Assembly: GCA_029558675.1 (NCBI GenBank)
Contig: JAKQEF010000039.1
Location: forward strand, 1-51,788
Source: Bacteroidota bacterium
GTDB taxonomy: Bacteria; Bacteroidota; Bacteroidia; Bacteroidales; Tenuifilaceae
Reading direction: 5' to 3'
Length of the DNA: 51,788 nucleotides
The notes beneath the pieces are model-generated. The model had not been told where the DNA came from. It saw only the letters and a program-made list of their open reading frames with translations, and did not search any database. Below, in pieces: positions 9,672 to 19,318 of the stretch. How positions within the stretch are numbered: position 1 is the first letter of the stretch; the number at the start of each line of letters is the position of its first letter. The translations under genes were made by a program, and so were the position numbers.

Positions 9672-11201
9672 ATGCGCGATTCGATCGTTATCCTCGATTT
9701 TGGCTCACAATATACTCAGTTGATAGCCAAGGGCATTCGCAAACTTAATGTCTATTGCGAAATCGTCCCTTACAATCACATCCCCGAACCCAATCGAAAC
9801 GTGAAGGGTATTATTCTATCGGGAAGCCCCGCCTGTATTAATGATCCCGGAGCACCCGATTTTCAACTCAACACATTACAAGGGGGCGTGCCGCTTCTGG
9901 CCATAGGCTACAGCGCACAACTTCTGGTAAAGAGAGGAGGGGGTGAAGTGAGACAATCGGCAAAGAGGGAATATGGCAAAGCCACCCTTTCCATGTCAAA
10001 ACACGAAACCCAACTTTTCAAAGGGATTACCCCAAGCACGCAGGTATGGACATCACAGGGCGATGCCATTGTCCAGCTACCCAATGGATTTCGTGCTATA
10101 GCCCATACCGATTCAGGAGAAGTGGGTGCATTCAAAATCGATGGTGAGCAAACGTACGGAATACAATTCCATCCCGAGGTTTACCACACCACTGAGGGGT
10201 TGGCCATTCTCAAAAATTTTGCGGTGGACATATGCCACTGCTCCCAAGGATGGACGCCCGCCTCTTTTATAGAGGAAACAGTAGCCTTGCTCAAGGCTCA
10301 AATTGGCAACGACCGGATGGTTTTAGGCCTTTCGGGAGGGGTTGACAGTTCGGTTACGGCCATGCTTCTGCATCGCACCATTGGCAATAACCTCCATTGC
10401 ATTTTTGTTGACCACGGTTTACTCCGAAAAAATGAATTTGAGAGTGTTCTGGATTCCTATAAAAGCATGGGCATTAACGTGTTGGGTGTTGATGCCAAGC
10501 AAAAGTTTTACCAAGGTTTGCAAGGGATTACCGATCCTGAATTGAAAAGGAAGAGCATTGGCAAAAATTTTATTGAGGTTTTTGAACACGAAGCCAAGAA
10601 AATTGAGGGCGTTAAATGGCTGGGACAGGGCACCATATACCCCGATGTGATTGAATCCGTATCGATTAATTCACAGTCAGTTGCTATCAAATCGCATCAT
10701 AACGTAGGAGGATTGCCCGAGAGGATGAATCTGAAGATTGTGGAACCCCTGCGACTGCTTTTCAAGGACGAGGTCAGGCGTGTTGGCCAAGAAATGGGGC
10801 TTGCCCCAATCATCCTAAACCGCCATCCTTTCCCTGGGCCCGGTTTAGGTATTAGAATCATAGGCGAGGTTACCGAGCAAAAAGTCAAAATCTTGCAGGA
10901 GGCCGACTCGATATATGTGAATGGACTTCGCGAATACGACCTTTATGGTAAGATATGGCAAGCCGGTGCCATACTCCTGCCTATTCAAACCGTTGGCGTT
11001 TCGGGCAATGAGCGTACTTACGAGTATGTAATTGCCCTGCGGGCAGTTACCTCAGTCGATGGCATGACAGCCGACTGGTACCCACTCCCCTACGAGTTCA
11101 TGTCAAAAATATCAAACGATATCATTGGCAAAGTAAAGGGCATAAACAGAGTGGTTTACGATATAAGTTCAAAACCTCCTGCTACCATCGAATGGGAATA
11201 A
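9672..11201 (+). CDS. guaA: Glutamine-hydrolysing GMP synthase
   Basis: 509 aa. It has an N-terminal GATase ([13 protein letters not shown]), an ATP-pyrophosphatase P-loop ([10 protein letters not shown]) and the C-terminal KPPATIEWE. Confidence 0.95.
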   Translation: MRDSIVILDFGSQYTQLIAKGIRKLNVYCEIVPYNHIPEPNRNVKGIILSGSPACINDPGAPDFQLNTLQGGVPLLAIGYSAQLLVKRGGGEVRQSAKREYGKATLSMSKHETQLFKGITPSTQVWTSQGDAIVQLPNGFRAIAHTDSGEVGAFKIDGEQTYGIQFHPEVYHTTEGLAILKNFAVDICHCSQGWTPASFIEETVALLKAQIGNDRMVLGLSGGVDSSVTAMLLHRTIGNNLHCIFVDHGLLRKNEFESVLDSYKSMGINVLGVDAKQKFYQGLQGITDPELKRKSIGKNFIEVFEHEAKKIEGVKWLGQGTIYPDVIESVSINSQSVAIKSHHNVGGLPERMNLKIVEPLRLLFKDEVRRVGQEMGLAPIILNRHPFPGPGLGIRIIGEVTEQKVKILQEADSIYVNGLREYDLYGKIWQAGAILLPIQTVGVSGNERTYEYVIALRAVTSVDGMTADWYPLPYEFMSKISNDIIGKVKGINRVVYDISSKPPATIEWE

Positions 11202-11289
11202 TAGCGACAACATTATCGAAATAAATACGTTACTAATTGAACAATCCGTTTGCGCTTTGCCAACAAATAACTAAAAAAAATCAAACTTA

Positions 11290-12894
11290 ATGTTCCGAAA
11301 TCGTTTCACCGCCATACTCTTCACCATAGCCATTGTACTTTTCCCTTTTTCAGGGAGTACACAGATTTCATCCAATCTCAGCTTGTTCAAAATCTATCGC
11401 TTTCTTCAGTACGTTTCAAGCGACTACGTTGACACTATCAATATAGACAAACTGGTGGAAGAGGCCATCATTGAAGTTTTACAAAATCTCGACCCTCACT
11501 CGGTTTACATATCGAAAGAGGATGTAAAGGCAATGAATGAACCCCTCGAAGGCAACTTCGAAGGCATTGGCATTGAATTTAATATATTGAATGACACTCT
11601 TTTCGTGGTTAACCCCGTGCCCGGAGGGCCATCGGAAAGGGTGGGCATTATTGCCGGAGACAGGATTATCAATGTTGATAGTAAGCCCATTGCCGGGGTA
11701 GGACTGAAAAACTCTGATGTTACAAAAATGCTTCGTGGCAACAAGGGTACAAAAGTAACGGTTCAAATCCTGCGTAAAGGGCTTTCGGAAATTCTTGAAT
11801 TTACCATTACCCGTGACAAGATTCCTATTTATAGCCTCGATGCGGCCTACATGGTTGAGCCGTACATTGGATACATCAAGTTAAACCGCTTCTCGCTCAC
11901 CACGGAGGAGGAGTTTTTAGCCGCCCTTAGCAAACTGAAGAAGGAAAAAATGCGCGACCTGATCCTTGATCTACGGGGTAATGGAGGCGGATTTCTAAAC
12001 GCTGCCGTTGCCCTTTCGGAACAGTTCCTGGACGAGAATAAACTCATCGTTTACACCGAAGGGAGGAATTCGCCACGTTTCGATTTCTTTCCAACCAAAA
12101 AAGGTGAATTCAAAAAAGGCAAGTTAATCATCCTTATGGATGAGGGGTCGGCCTCGGCAAGCGAGATTGTTGCCGGAGCTGTACAGGACTGGGACAGAGG
12201 GATTATCGTCGGACGACGTTCGTTCGGAAAGGGTTTGGTTCAAAACCAGCTCCCGCTACCCGACGGATCGATGATCAGGCTTACCGTAGCCCGATACCAT
12301 ACTCCTACCGGCAGGGTGATTCAAAAGCCTTACAACATGGGCAAACTGGACAGCTACTACATGGATCTCAGTAGCCGCTATGAAAAGGGAGAGCTTTTCA
12401 ATCAGGACAGCATCTCTTTTCCCGACTCGCTGAAATTCTACACTCTCCGGAATCAAAAACTCGTGTACGGCGGCGGGGGAATAATGCCCGACCTATTCAT
12501 TCCTATCGACACCAGCTACTACTCGGACTACTACGGGAAACTGGTGAGAAGAGGAATTATCAACCAGTTCGTTTTATCGTACATCGATGAACAACGCGAC
12601 TTCCTTAAAAGATCATACCCGAAATTTGATAAGTTTGATAAGTATTTCAATGTGGATAACATTGTTATCAACAAACTTATCGATTACGCCGAGAAGCAGG
12701 GAGTGCAATACGATGCCGAAGGCATAAAGACATCAATGGACGAGCTTTCGATACAAATCAAAGGCCTAATAGCCCAGAACCTATTCTCAACCAACTACTA
12801 TTTTCAGGTAGTAAACAAGGAGAATAAATCGTTGCAAAAAGCTGTAGAGATAATCAACAACTGGGACAGCTATAAGCATCTGGTAAAGGAGTAA
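11290..12894 (+). CDS. S41 family C-terminal processing peptidase
   Basis: 534 aa with a signal peptide. It has a PDZ-like segment (GGPSERVGIIAGDRII), the motif DLRGNGGGFL and the catalytic-region sequence GSASASEI. Confidence 0.85.
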   Translation: MFRNRFTAILFTIAIVLFPFSGSTQISSNLSLFKIYRFLQYVSSDYVDTINIDKLVEEAIIEVLQNLDPHSVYISKEDVKAMNEPLEGNFEGIGIEFNILNDTLFVVNPVPGGPSERVGIIAGDRIINVDSKPIAGVGLKNSDVTKMLRGNKGTKVTVQILRKGLSEILEFTITRDKIPIYSLDAAYMVEPYIGYIKLNRFSLTTEEEFLAALSKLKKEKMRDLILDLRGNGGGFLNAAVALSEQFLDENKLIVYTEGRNSPRFDFFPTKKGEFKKGKLIILMDEGSASASEIVAGAVQDWDRGIIVGRRSFGKGLVQNQLPLPDGSMIRLTVARYHTPTGRVIQKPYNMGKLDSYYMDLSSRYEKGELFNQDSISFPDSLKFYTLRNQKLVYGGGGIMPDLFIPIDTSYYSDYYGKLVRRGIINQFVLSYIDEQRDFLKRSYPKFDKFDKYFNVDNIVINKLIDYAEKQGVQYDAEGIKTSMDELSIQIKGLIAQNLFSTNYYFQVVNKENKSLQKAVEIINNWDSYKHLVKE

Positions 12895-13005
12895 CCCGCA
12901 CCCCGATGAAAATCAGCACGGGATTGAATATTGTTGGGCCTTCGTTATTACTCTACTAAAATAATGTACTAATCAATTATTTACCCACATTTTTAATTCA
13001 TCATT

Positions 13006-13037
13006 TTTGGTTGCAAGGGCTGTTTGAAGTATTTTTG
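13006..13037 (+). promoter_or_regulatory. Candidate Bacteroidota promoter (TTTG-N20-TATTTTTG) for the DEAD-box helicase gene
   Basis: TTTG lies at 13006-13009 and TAnnTTTG at 13030-13037. The 20-nt spacing fits the -33/-7 consensus, and the element sits about 30 nt before the ATG. Confidence 0.5.
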
Positions 13038-13068
13038 CAGACGAAAATTTTAAAACACAATTCATTCA

Positions 13069-14649
13069 ATGAAAGAACAAAAGGAATTTATGCAATTCGG
13101 TTTTTCCGATGAAACCCTGAAAGCCATTGCAAAAAAAGGATTTGAATCACCAACCCCAATTCAGCAACTGGTCATACCGGTATTAATGAGCGAGAATGTT
13201 GATGTCATTGGGCAGGCACAAACAGGAACCGGGAAAACTGCTGCATTTGGGATTCCAATACTGGAGAATTTTTCAACTGACAAGTTGGGCGTAGTAAAAG
13301 CTCTCATCCTGGTGCCAACCCGAGAGCTGGCCCTGCAAGTAACCGATGAAATCATATCATTTCGCGGCAAGCGCGATATTGCCATCAGCACGCTTTACGG
13401 AGGACAATCCATAGCAGAACAGCAGCGACGTTTACGCAAGGGCATCGACATAGTTGTTGGAACCCCCGGACGCATTCTCGATCTGCTAAAACGTGGCGAT
13501 CTGAAAGTTGGACATTTGGAGTGGGCTGTGCTCGATGAGGCAGACGAAATGCTTAACATGGGCTTCATAGAAGACATTGAGGAAATTTTAGGCCATACCC
13601 CGGAGCAAAAAAGGATGCTACTTTTCTCGGCCACCATGCCCGACAGGATTGTCAACCTGGCCATGAGGTTTATGAAAGACCCGAAAAAATTGATGGTGGG
13701 AAAACAGAACCAAACCGTTGACCTGACAGACCAGATCTATTTTGAAGTTAACAAGAACGATAAGTTCGATGCGCTCACCAGGATTATTGATATAGAACCC
13801 GAATTCTACGGTTTGGTTTTTTGCAGAACCCGCGTGGATGTCGACGAGCTGGCCACCAAGCTCATCGAAAGGGGCTACTCATGCGAAGGACTGCATGGCG
13901 AAATAACTCAGGCTCAGAGGGAAAAGACATTGAAGAGGTTCCGTAACAAGTATATTAATACCCTGGTAGCAACCGACGTTGCAGCGCGAGGCATCGATAT
14001 ATCTGACCTGACCCACGTAATCAACTATAGCCTGCCACAGGATCCCGAGTCGTATATCCATAGGGTTGGACGAACCGGAAGAGCCGGCAAAGAGGGCACT
14101 GCCATCACATTTATTACCCCCGATGAGTACAGAAGGTTCCTCTACTTCCAAAAATTCATGAAATCGAACATCCGTAAGGAGATGTTGCCCGAAGCACAGG
14201 ATATTATTGAAATGAAAAAAGCCAAGATACGGGAAGATCTTCAAACCATAATTGCCAACAAAACCTACGTTGATTACCTGGAAATGGCGGGAAATATTCT
14301 CGACACGAATAGCCCCGAAATATCGTTGGCCGCATTGCTGCGCATGGCATTTAAAAATCAGCTCGATGAGAGGCTTTATCCCGAGATAAGGGGATTCAAG
14401 GTTGACACCAAAGGAACAACCCGGCTTTTTATTGCGTTAGGCAAGCGCGATGGCATGACTCCAAAGAAAATTTCAGCGCTAATCAGGAAAGAGATTAGCA
14501 TCCCCGACAAAAAAATAGACGACATAGGAGTTTACGATGAATTTTCGTTTGTAACCGTGCCATTCAACGATGCTGATAAAATTCTCTCGGTATTTTCGAG
14601 GAGAACTCAGGGTGGTAAACCCCTAATTACAAAAGCTAAAGCCAAGTAA
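13069..14649 (+). CDS. DEAD-box ATP-dependent RNA helicase with a DbpA-like C-terminal RNA-binding region
   Basis: 526 aa. It has a Q-motif region and the motifs AQTGTGKT, DEAD, SAT and HRVGRTGRAG. Confidence 0.9.
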   Translation: MKEQKEFMQFGFSDETLKAIAKKGFESPTPIQQLVIPVLMSENVDVIGQAQTGTGKTAAFGIPILENFSTDKLGVVKALILVPTRELALQVTDEIISFRGKRDIAISTLYGGQSIAEQQRRLRKGIDIVVGTPGRILDLLKRGDLKVGHLEWAVLDEADEMLNMGFIEDIEEILGHTPEQKRMLLFSATMPDRIVNLAMRFMKDPKKLMVGKQNQTVDLTDQIYFEVNKNDKFDALTRIIDIEPEFYGLVFCRTRVDVDELATKLIERGYSCEGLHGEITQAQREKTLKRFRNKYINTLVATDVAARGIDISDLTHVINYSLPQDPESYIHRVGRTGRAGKEGTAITFITPDEYRRFLYFQKFMKSNIRKEMLPEAQDIIEMKKAKIREDLQTIIANKTYVDYLEMAGNILDTNSPEISLAALLRMAFKNQLDERLYPEIRGFKVDTKGTTRLFIALGKRDGMTPKKISALIRKEISIPDKKIDDIGVYDEFSFVTVPFNDADKILSVFSRRTQGGKPLITKAKAK

Positions 14650-14700
14650 TTCGCTTCCATTTTTAATGTTTATAACCCTTATTTTCAACGATTAAGATTG

Positions 14701-15855
14701 ATGCCAACAAAGTTTGAAATTGTGGCCAAAACCCTGCAAGGGCTGGAGGGAATCTTAGCCGACGAACTAAAGGCTATCGGTGCAGAGAACGTGGAAATAG
14801 AACGCAGGGCGGTAAAGTTTACCGGTGATAACGAAACGATATACCGATCGAATTTTCAATGCCGCACAGCCATAAGAATTCTCAAGGTAATCCACCAATT
14901 CAAGGCGAGGAACGAAGGAGAGCTGTACGATCAGGCCAAAAACTTCGACTGGGCGAGCGTAATGGATCTCTCCCAGAAATTTGCTGTGGACAGCGTTGTA
15001 AATTCCGATATTTTCACCCATTCACACTTTGTTTCACTAAGGCTAAAGGATGCCATTGCAGATCATTTCCGGGACAGATTTGGGAAACGTCCCTTTGTTG
15101 ACCCCCAAAAGCCTCATGTTCAAATCCATATCCACATTTCCAATCAGGACTGTACTATCCTAATGGATTCATCGGGCGAATCGCTGCATAAGAGGGGATA
15201 CCGCCTACATCAGGACATTGCCCCCCTAAGCGAGATTTTGGCTGCCGGGCTAATCATGCTCTCGGGGTGGGATGGGAAAACCCCGCTTATCGACCCCATG
15301 TGCGGTTCGGGTACCATATTAATCGAAGCTGCTCTCATTGCCAAGGGGATTGCCCCCGGTGTATTCCGCAAGCAGTTTGGCTTCGAACATTGGCTGGATT
15401 TCGACAAAGAACTTTTTGAAAAGGTATTCAACGATGACAGCAACGAAAGGGAACTGCAAACAACTATCATGGGAGGGGATATTGCAAAAAGGGCAGTAAC
15501 GGTAGCCACAGAGAACATTCGTAATGCTGGCCTTCAAAAGTATATCCGGCTTCAAACGCAATCGGTATTCGACTTCGATCCTCCCAAGGAACAGGGCATG
15601 GTGATTACCAATCCGCCCTATGGCGAGAGGCTTAGCCAAACCCAGCTGGATATATTCTACAAGCAGCTGGGCGATTGTTTCAAGCAACGCTACTCCGGCT
15701 ACGACATCTGGCTATTGAGCGGAAATCGGAATGCGCTCAAAACTTTTGGCCTGCATCCTTCAAAATCCATGACTCTTTTCAATGGGCCTATCGAGTGTAA
15801 ATATCAACATTTCAGCATATACACAGGGAGTAAGAAAGCGAAGTTTAAGCAATGA
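14701..15855 (+). CDS. THUMP-domain class I SAM-dependent RNA methyltransferase (RlmL N-terminal-like)
   Basis: It has the motifs DPMCGSGT (motif I) and NPPYGERL (motif IV). I use the ATG at 14701; the ORF track begins at a TTG at 14698. Confidence 0.8.
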   Translation: MPTKFEIVAKTLQGLEGILADELKAIGAENVEIERRAVKFTGDNETIYRSNFQCRTAIRILKVIHQFKARNEGELYDQAKNFDWASVMDLSQKFAVDSVVNSDIFTHSHFVSLRLKDAIADHFRDRFGKRPFVDPQKPHVQIHIHISNQDCTILMDSSGESLHKRGYRLHQDIAPLSEILAAGLIMLSGWDGKTPLIDPMCGSGTILIEAALIAKGIAPGVFRKQFGFEHWLDFDKELFEKVFNDDSNERELQTTIMGGDIAKRAVTVATENIRNAGLQKYIRLQTQSVFDFDPPKEQGMVITNPPYGERLSQTQLDIFYKQLGDCFKQRYSGYDIWLLSGNRNALKTFGLHPSKSMTLFNGPIECKYQHFSIYTGSKKAKFKQ

Positions 15856-16070
15856 TCATTAATTCTAAGACATCATTAAATGGCGGTTTGGTCAATGGAC
15901 AGCATATGTTGCCACCTTTATTTTGCGCTTTGCAAAAACGGCCACTGGATTTAAGAGTTTTTCTTCCTACTGTCCCTATTCTTGCTTTTTATTTCCGAAA
16001 CGGTGCCCGAATTAGTGATATATTTGAGTTTTTTTTTTCAAGGCTTTATGGTAATTCGTATTTAATTTTA

Positions 16071-16078
16071 TAGTTTTG
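16071..16078 (+). promoter_or_regulatory. Candidate -7 promoter box (TAGTTTTG) upstream of the SiaB/SiaC-like pair
   Basis: The sequence matches TAnnTTTG and lies 48 nt upstream of the ATG at 16126. Confidence 0.35.
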
Positions 16079-16125
16079 CGTAAGCTAACTTGTCCTTTAA
16101 AAAAATTGGTAAATCGCTTGCATCA

Positions 16126-16695
16126 ATGAGTGTTTTCTTAGATCAGTGTTATGAACATATGAATAAGGGTGAAGTAATTGTTGCCTATAAAGGGACTATT
16201 GGTGCCGATATAATTACCAACACGCTCAGCCTTGTTGAGTTGAAACTTGAAGATATCGATGTCCAGAATGCCGTAAAAAAGAAGTTGTACAACATACTGG
16301 TCGAAAGCCTTCAGAACCTCTACCACCACGTTGATGTTCCCCTTAACAACGGTAAATCTGACGATTGCAAATCGAATTTCGGTATTTTCATCCTGAGTAA
16401 ACTCGACGATGCGTTCAGAATATCAACGGGCAATTTTATTCATCACGACAGAATTCCTGTGATTAAAGGAAAAATTGATAAGATAAACTCACTTTCTGAG
16501 GAAGAGTTAAAAGAATTTTATAAATTTGTTCTCAATAATCAGAAGTTTTCCGAGAAGGGTGGCGGTGGTTTGGGGTTGATAGATATGGCGAGGAAATCGG
16601 GAAATAAGTTGGATTACAAATTTTTCAAGTATAGCGACGATTTCGAATTTTTTAACCTTACAGTTGTCATTAATGCACCAAGCAATCTAAATTAA
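16126..16695 (+). CDS. SiaB-family protein kinase (GHKL-like, DUF6272-type)
   Basis: The G-rich ATP-lid GGGGLGLIDMARKSG is present. The size (about 190 aa) and the position directly upstream of a SiaC homologue fit SiaB. The ORF track starts at a TTG at 16090, but the ATG at 16126 is preferred. Confidence 0.65.
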   Translation: MSVFLDQCYEHMNKGEVIVAYKGTIGADIITNTLSLVELKLEDIDVQNAVKKKLYNILVESLQNLYHHVDVPLNNGKSDDCKSNFGIFILSKLDDAFRISTGNFIHHDRIPVIKGKIDKINSLSEEELKEFYKFVLNNQKFSEKGGGGLGLIDMARKSGNKLDYKFFKYSDDFEFFNLTVVINAPSNLN

Positions 16696-16719
16696 CTCAA
16701 ATACTTAAAATAAACAGCT

Positions 16720-17100
16720 ATGGAATTGATAAATATTGAAGGAACCCCTAAAACCCCAACCATTACAATGAATGCAGAATCAGGGGTTATTGATATTAAA
16801 GGACGATCAATTCCTGAGAACTCCATCGAGTTCTACAAGCCAATCGTTGATTGGCTTGAGGAATACGCCAAAACTCCTGCTTCAAAAACCGTGGTGAATG
16901 TTCAGTTAGAATATTTTAACACGAGTTCTTCGAAATGCATCCTGGATGTTTTCAAAAAACTCGAGGTGCTTAAAAAGAATAATAACGATGTGATCATCAA
17001 CTGGTACTACGAAGAGGATGATGAGGATATGCTCGAAGCCGGTGAAGATTACGAATCAATCATAAAGGTTCCGTTCAAAATGATTCAAATCGTAGATTAG
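16720..17100 (+). CDS. SiaC-family regulatory phosphoprotein (DUF1987)
   Basis: 126 aa that align by eye along the full length to P. aeruginosa SiaC. The shared segments are GRSIPENSIEFYKPIVDWLEEY, LEYFNTSSSKCILDVF and WYYEEDDEDMLE. The phospho-acceptor Thr is conserved in the NTSS context at residue 68 (16921-16923). Confidence 0.8.
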   Translation: MELINIEGTPKTPTITMNAESGVIDIKGRSIPENSIEFYKPIVDWLEEYAKTPASKTVVNVQLEYFNTSSSKCILDVFKKLEVLKKNNNDVIINWYYEEDDEDMLEAGEDYESIIKVPFKMIQIVD

Positions 17101-17148
17101 CCTTTTTCTACCCGACTATTTAGTACATTCATATATTCACAATATTTT

Positions 17149-17177
17149 AAGCCAAGCCCTTGGGTTTGGCTTTTTTG
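17149..17177 (+). terminator. Rho-independent terminator after the SiaC-like gene
   Basis: The hairpin GCCAAGCC/GGTTTGGC is followed by TTTTTT. Confidence 0.6.
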
Positions 17178-17194
17178 CTTTTTACGCTTTGACT

Positions 17195-17222
17195 AAAAAA
17201 ACCGCTGCTTGAGGGCAGCGGT
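17195..17222 (-). terminator. Rho-independent terminator after yidC
   Basis: An 8-bp stem (ACCGCTGC/GCAGCGGT) has a 6-nt loop. On the minus strand it is followed by a T7 run, 20 nt after the yidC stop. Confidence 0.65.
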
Positions 17223-17242
17223 TCAAAGGTGAAAACATCCCT

Positions 17243-19105
17243 TTATCTCCTTTTTTTCTGAGCCTGCTGTTGCTTTGCCATTTGCTCGAGTTTCTCCTGA
17301 AATCTCGATTTCGCCACAGGTTTCTTGATGTTGGCCGTTAATCTATCCAAAATGGCCTTATCGTCAACAGTTTGCCTTATAAGGTAGGTTTGTCCAAGAG
17401 TTATCACGTTGGAAAGGAAATAGTAATAGCTCAAACCCGATGAATAGCTGTTGAAAATGGCCAGCAACATGACGGGCATCATGTATAGCATCATAAACTT
17501 CATCCCCGGCATTTGTGCATTGGTATCGGCCATCTGCGAAGTGCTTGTTTTAGAAGTGATAAACATGGCCACAGCCATGAGCAACGTAAAGAGGCTGATA
17601 TGATCGCCATACATGGGGATATTGAATGGTAAATCGAGTATGGAATCGTATGTCGAGAGATCGTCAGCCCACAGGAAACCCTTTTGACGAAGTTCGAACG
17701 AAGCCGGAAAGAAACGAAACATGGCCACGAGTATTGGGAACTGAATCAGCGTTGGCAAACATCCCCCCATGGGGTTTACGCCTACCTTTTTATACAGTGC
17801 CATAACCGCCTGCTGTTTCTTCATAGCATCCTCCTTCTTGGGGAATTTAGCGTTGATCTCGTCAACCTGTGGCTTTAGCACCCTCATTTTTGCCTGACTG
17901 GTATATGATTTATAGGTAAGAGGGAATAAAACAATTTTTATTATGATGGTTAACAGCAAAATAATCAGCCCATAGCTGGCAATATGATTATCCAACAGGT
18001 CGAAAAGGAAAATGATAATATAGCGGTTTATCCATTTGATAATCCATCCTCCAAGGGGCACAACATCTTCAAAACCATACTTATATTCCTTAAGAGTATT
18101 GAAATGGTTAGGCCCAAAATAGAACTTCATCTTTTGCACCTCTTCCTTTCCGTTTTCAAAAGGTAAACTTATCCGCGAAGTAAACTGCTTGGTAAACCCG
18201 GCGTCGGCTATCTTTATTGAACCTAACTCAGCGTTTAAGAAGTTATCCTCTGCAACCAAAAATGTTGAAAAGAATTGCTGCTTGTAGCCAATCCACTGTA
18301 TCCTTGTTTTCACCTCACTGCTGCTCTTGTCGGTACGGGGATTAAGCTCCTCGTAATCGCCATTGGGCAGGCGATAGGCAATGGTGGTGTATTTGGTTTC
18401 GTTCTCAATTCCCTTTTCAAGTTGCGGCATAAGGAAATCCCAAACCAAATCAATGGAGCCCGGCCTTCCCGAAATAATGTTATCCATATTCATGAATCGA
18501 ATGTCAAAATCGATCATGTACGAATGGGGGTATATGGTATAAACATAATCTATAAAGGACGATTCGCTCACAGCAAGCCTCATCACCAGGGTTTTTGAGC
18601 CCGATTCATCACTCACGGAAATTAACTCATCATGGGTATTGGGAGTAAAAAATAGCTTATGGGTCTCAATATTATTGTTGAATCCCCAGAACTGAAGGCC
18701 AAAAATATTCTTATCGTCAGCAAATAAAATTAAAGGGTTCTTGGCGTAGGTATGGTAATCCAAAAGTTCGGCTGAGTAAACGCTTCCGCCAAGGGTTGAT
18801 ATTTTGATCCGCATTAGATCGTTTTCCATGGTAACAAACGCCCGCTCTCCCACACTCGATTCGGCAAATGCCCCAAGCCGGGCCCTCTGATCAATGGATG
18901 TGAGAGAATCCTCATTGGCCTTATTGGCCCTGGCCAATTCCTGTGCCTCCCTCAATTTTTGATCCTGCTCGGCCCTAACCAGCGCCAGCGAATCGCTCCT
19001 TCGCTTTGCAGTTTCAATCTCTTCCTTTGAAGGACGGTTTAAGTAGCTAAATCCGATGAGAATTCCCAAAATAAGAACGAATCCAATAACAGTTTTCCTG
19101 TCCAT
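17243..19105 (-). CDS. yidC: Membrane protein insertase YidC
   Basis: 620 aa. It has an N-terminal TM segment, a large periplasmic domain and a C-terminal five-TM 60-kDa insertase core (GGCLPTLIQFPILVAMF) with a basic tail. Confidence 0.9.
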   Translation of the reverse strand: MDRKTVIGFVLILGILIGFSYLNRPSKEEIETAKRRSDSLALVRAEQDQKLREAQELARANKANEDSLTSIDQRARLGAFAESSVGERAFVTMENDLMRIKISTLGGSVYSAELLDYHTYAKNPLILFADDKNIFGLQFWGFNNNIETHKLFFTPNTHDELISVSDESGSKTLVMRLAVSESSFIDYVYTIYPHSYMIDFDIRFMNMDNIISGRPGSIDLVWDFLMPQLEKGIENETKYTTIAYRLPNGDYEELNPRTDKSSSEVKTRIQWIGYKQQFFSTFLVAEDNFLNAELGSIKIADAGFTKQFTSRISLPFENGKEEVQKMKFYFGPNHFNTLKEYKYGFEDVVPLGGWIIKWINRYIIIFLFDLLDNHIASYGLIILLLTIIIKIVLFPLTYKSYTSQAKMRVLKPQVDEINAKFPKKEDAMKKQQAVMALYKKVGVNPMGGCLPTLIQFPILVAMFRFFPASFELRQKGFLWADDLSTYDSILDLPFNIPMYGDHISLFTLLMAVAMFITSKTSTSQMADTNAQMPGMKFMMLYMMPVMLLAIFNSYSSGLSYYYFLSNVITLGQTYLIRQTVDDKAILDRLTANIKKPVAKSRFQEKLEQMAKQQQAQKKRR

Positions 19106-19164
19106 TATGTAACTTTTAAAATTGGTATTGATAGAATTACAAAGGCGTAATCCTTTAAGACTTG

Positions 19165-19172
19165 CAAAGATA
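19165..19172 (-). promoter_or_regulatory. Candidate -7 promoter box (TATCTTTG on the minus strand) upstream of yidC
   Basis: The plus-strand CAAAGATA is TATCTTTG on the minus strand. It lies about 60 nt upstream of the yidC ATG. Confidence 0.35.
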
Positions 19173-19318
19173 GTAAAGTATATAAAAATGCACCGTTGGA
19201 TTTGAAGTTTCTTCCATTGAATAATGCATCATAAGGATTATATTAGGTAATGCAAAACTGATTGCCAACCGGTAAAATGGAAATGCGTAAACTGACCTCT
19301 TAGTCGTTGAGAAAAAGA

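Noticed and set aside
11759-11769. GGTTCAAATCC, a tRNA T-arm-like string.
   Set aside because: It lies in frame inside the S41 peptidase CDS and has no surrounding acceptor, D-arm or anticodon-arm complementarity. It is a coincidence. I found no tRNA in the window.
15852-16073. 73-aa ORF in the gap between the THUMP methyltransferase and the SiaB-like gene, and the similar 61-aa ORF at 5824-6009 (-).
   Set aside because: They have no recognisable motifs and overlap AT-rich promoter-like intergenic sequence. They are likely noncoding.
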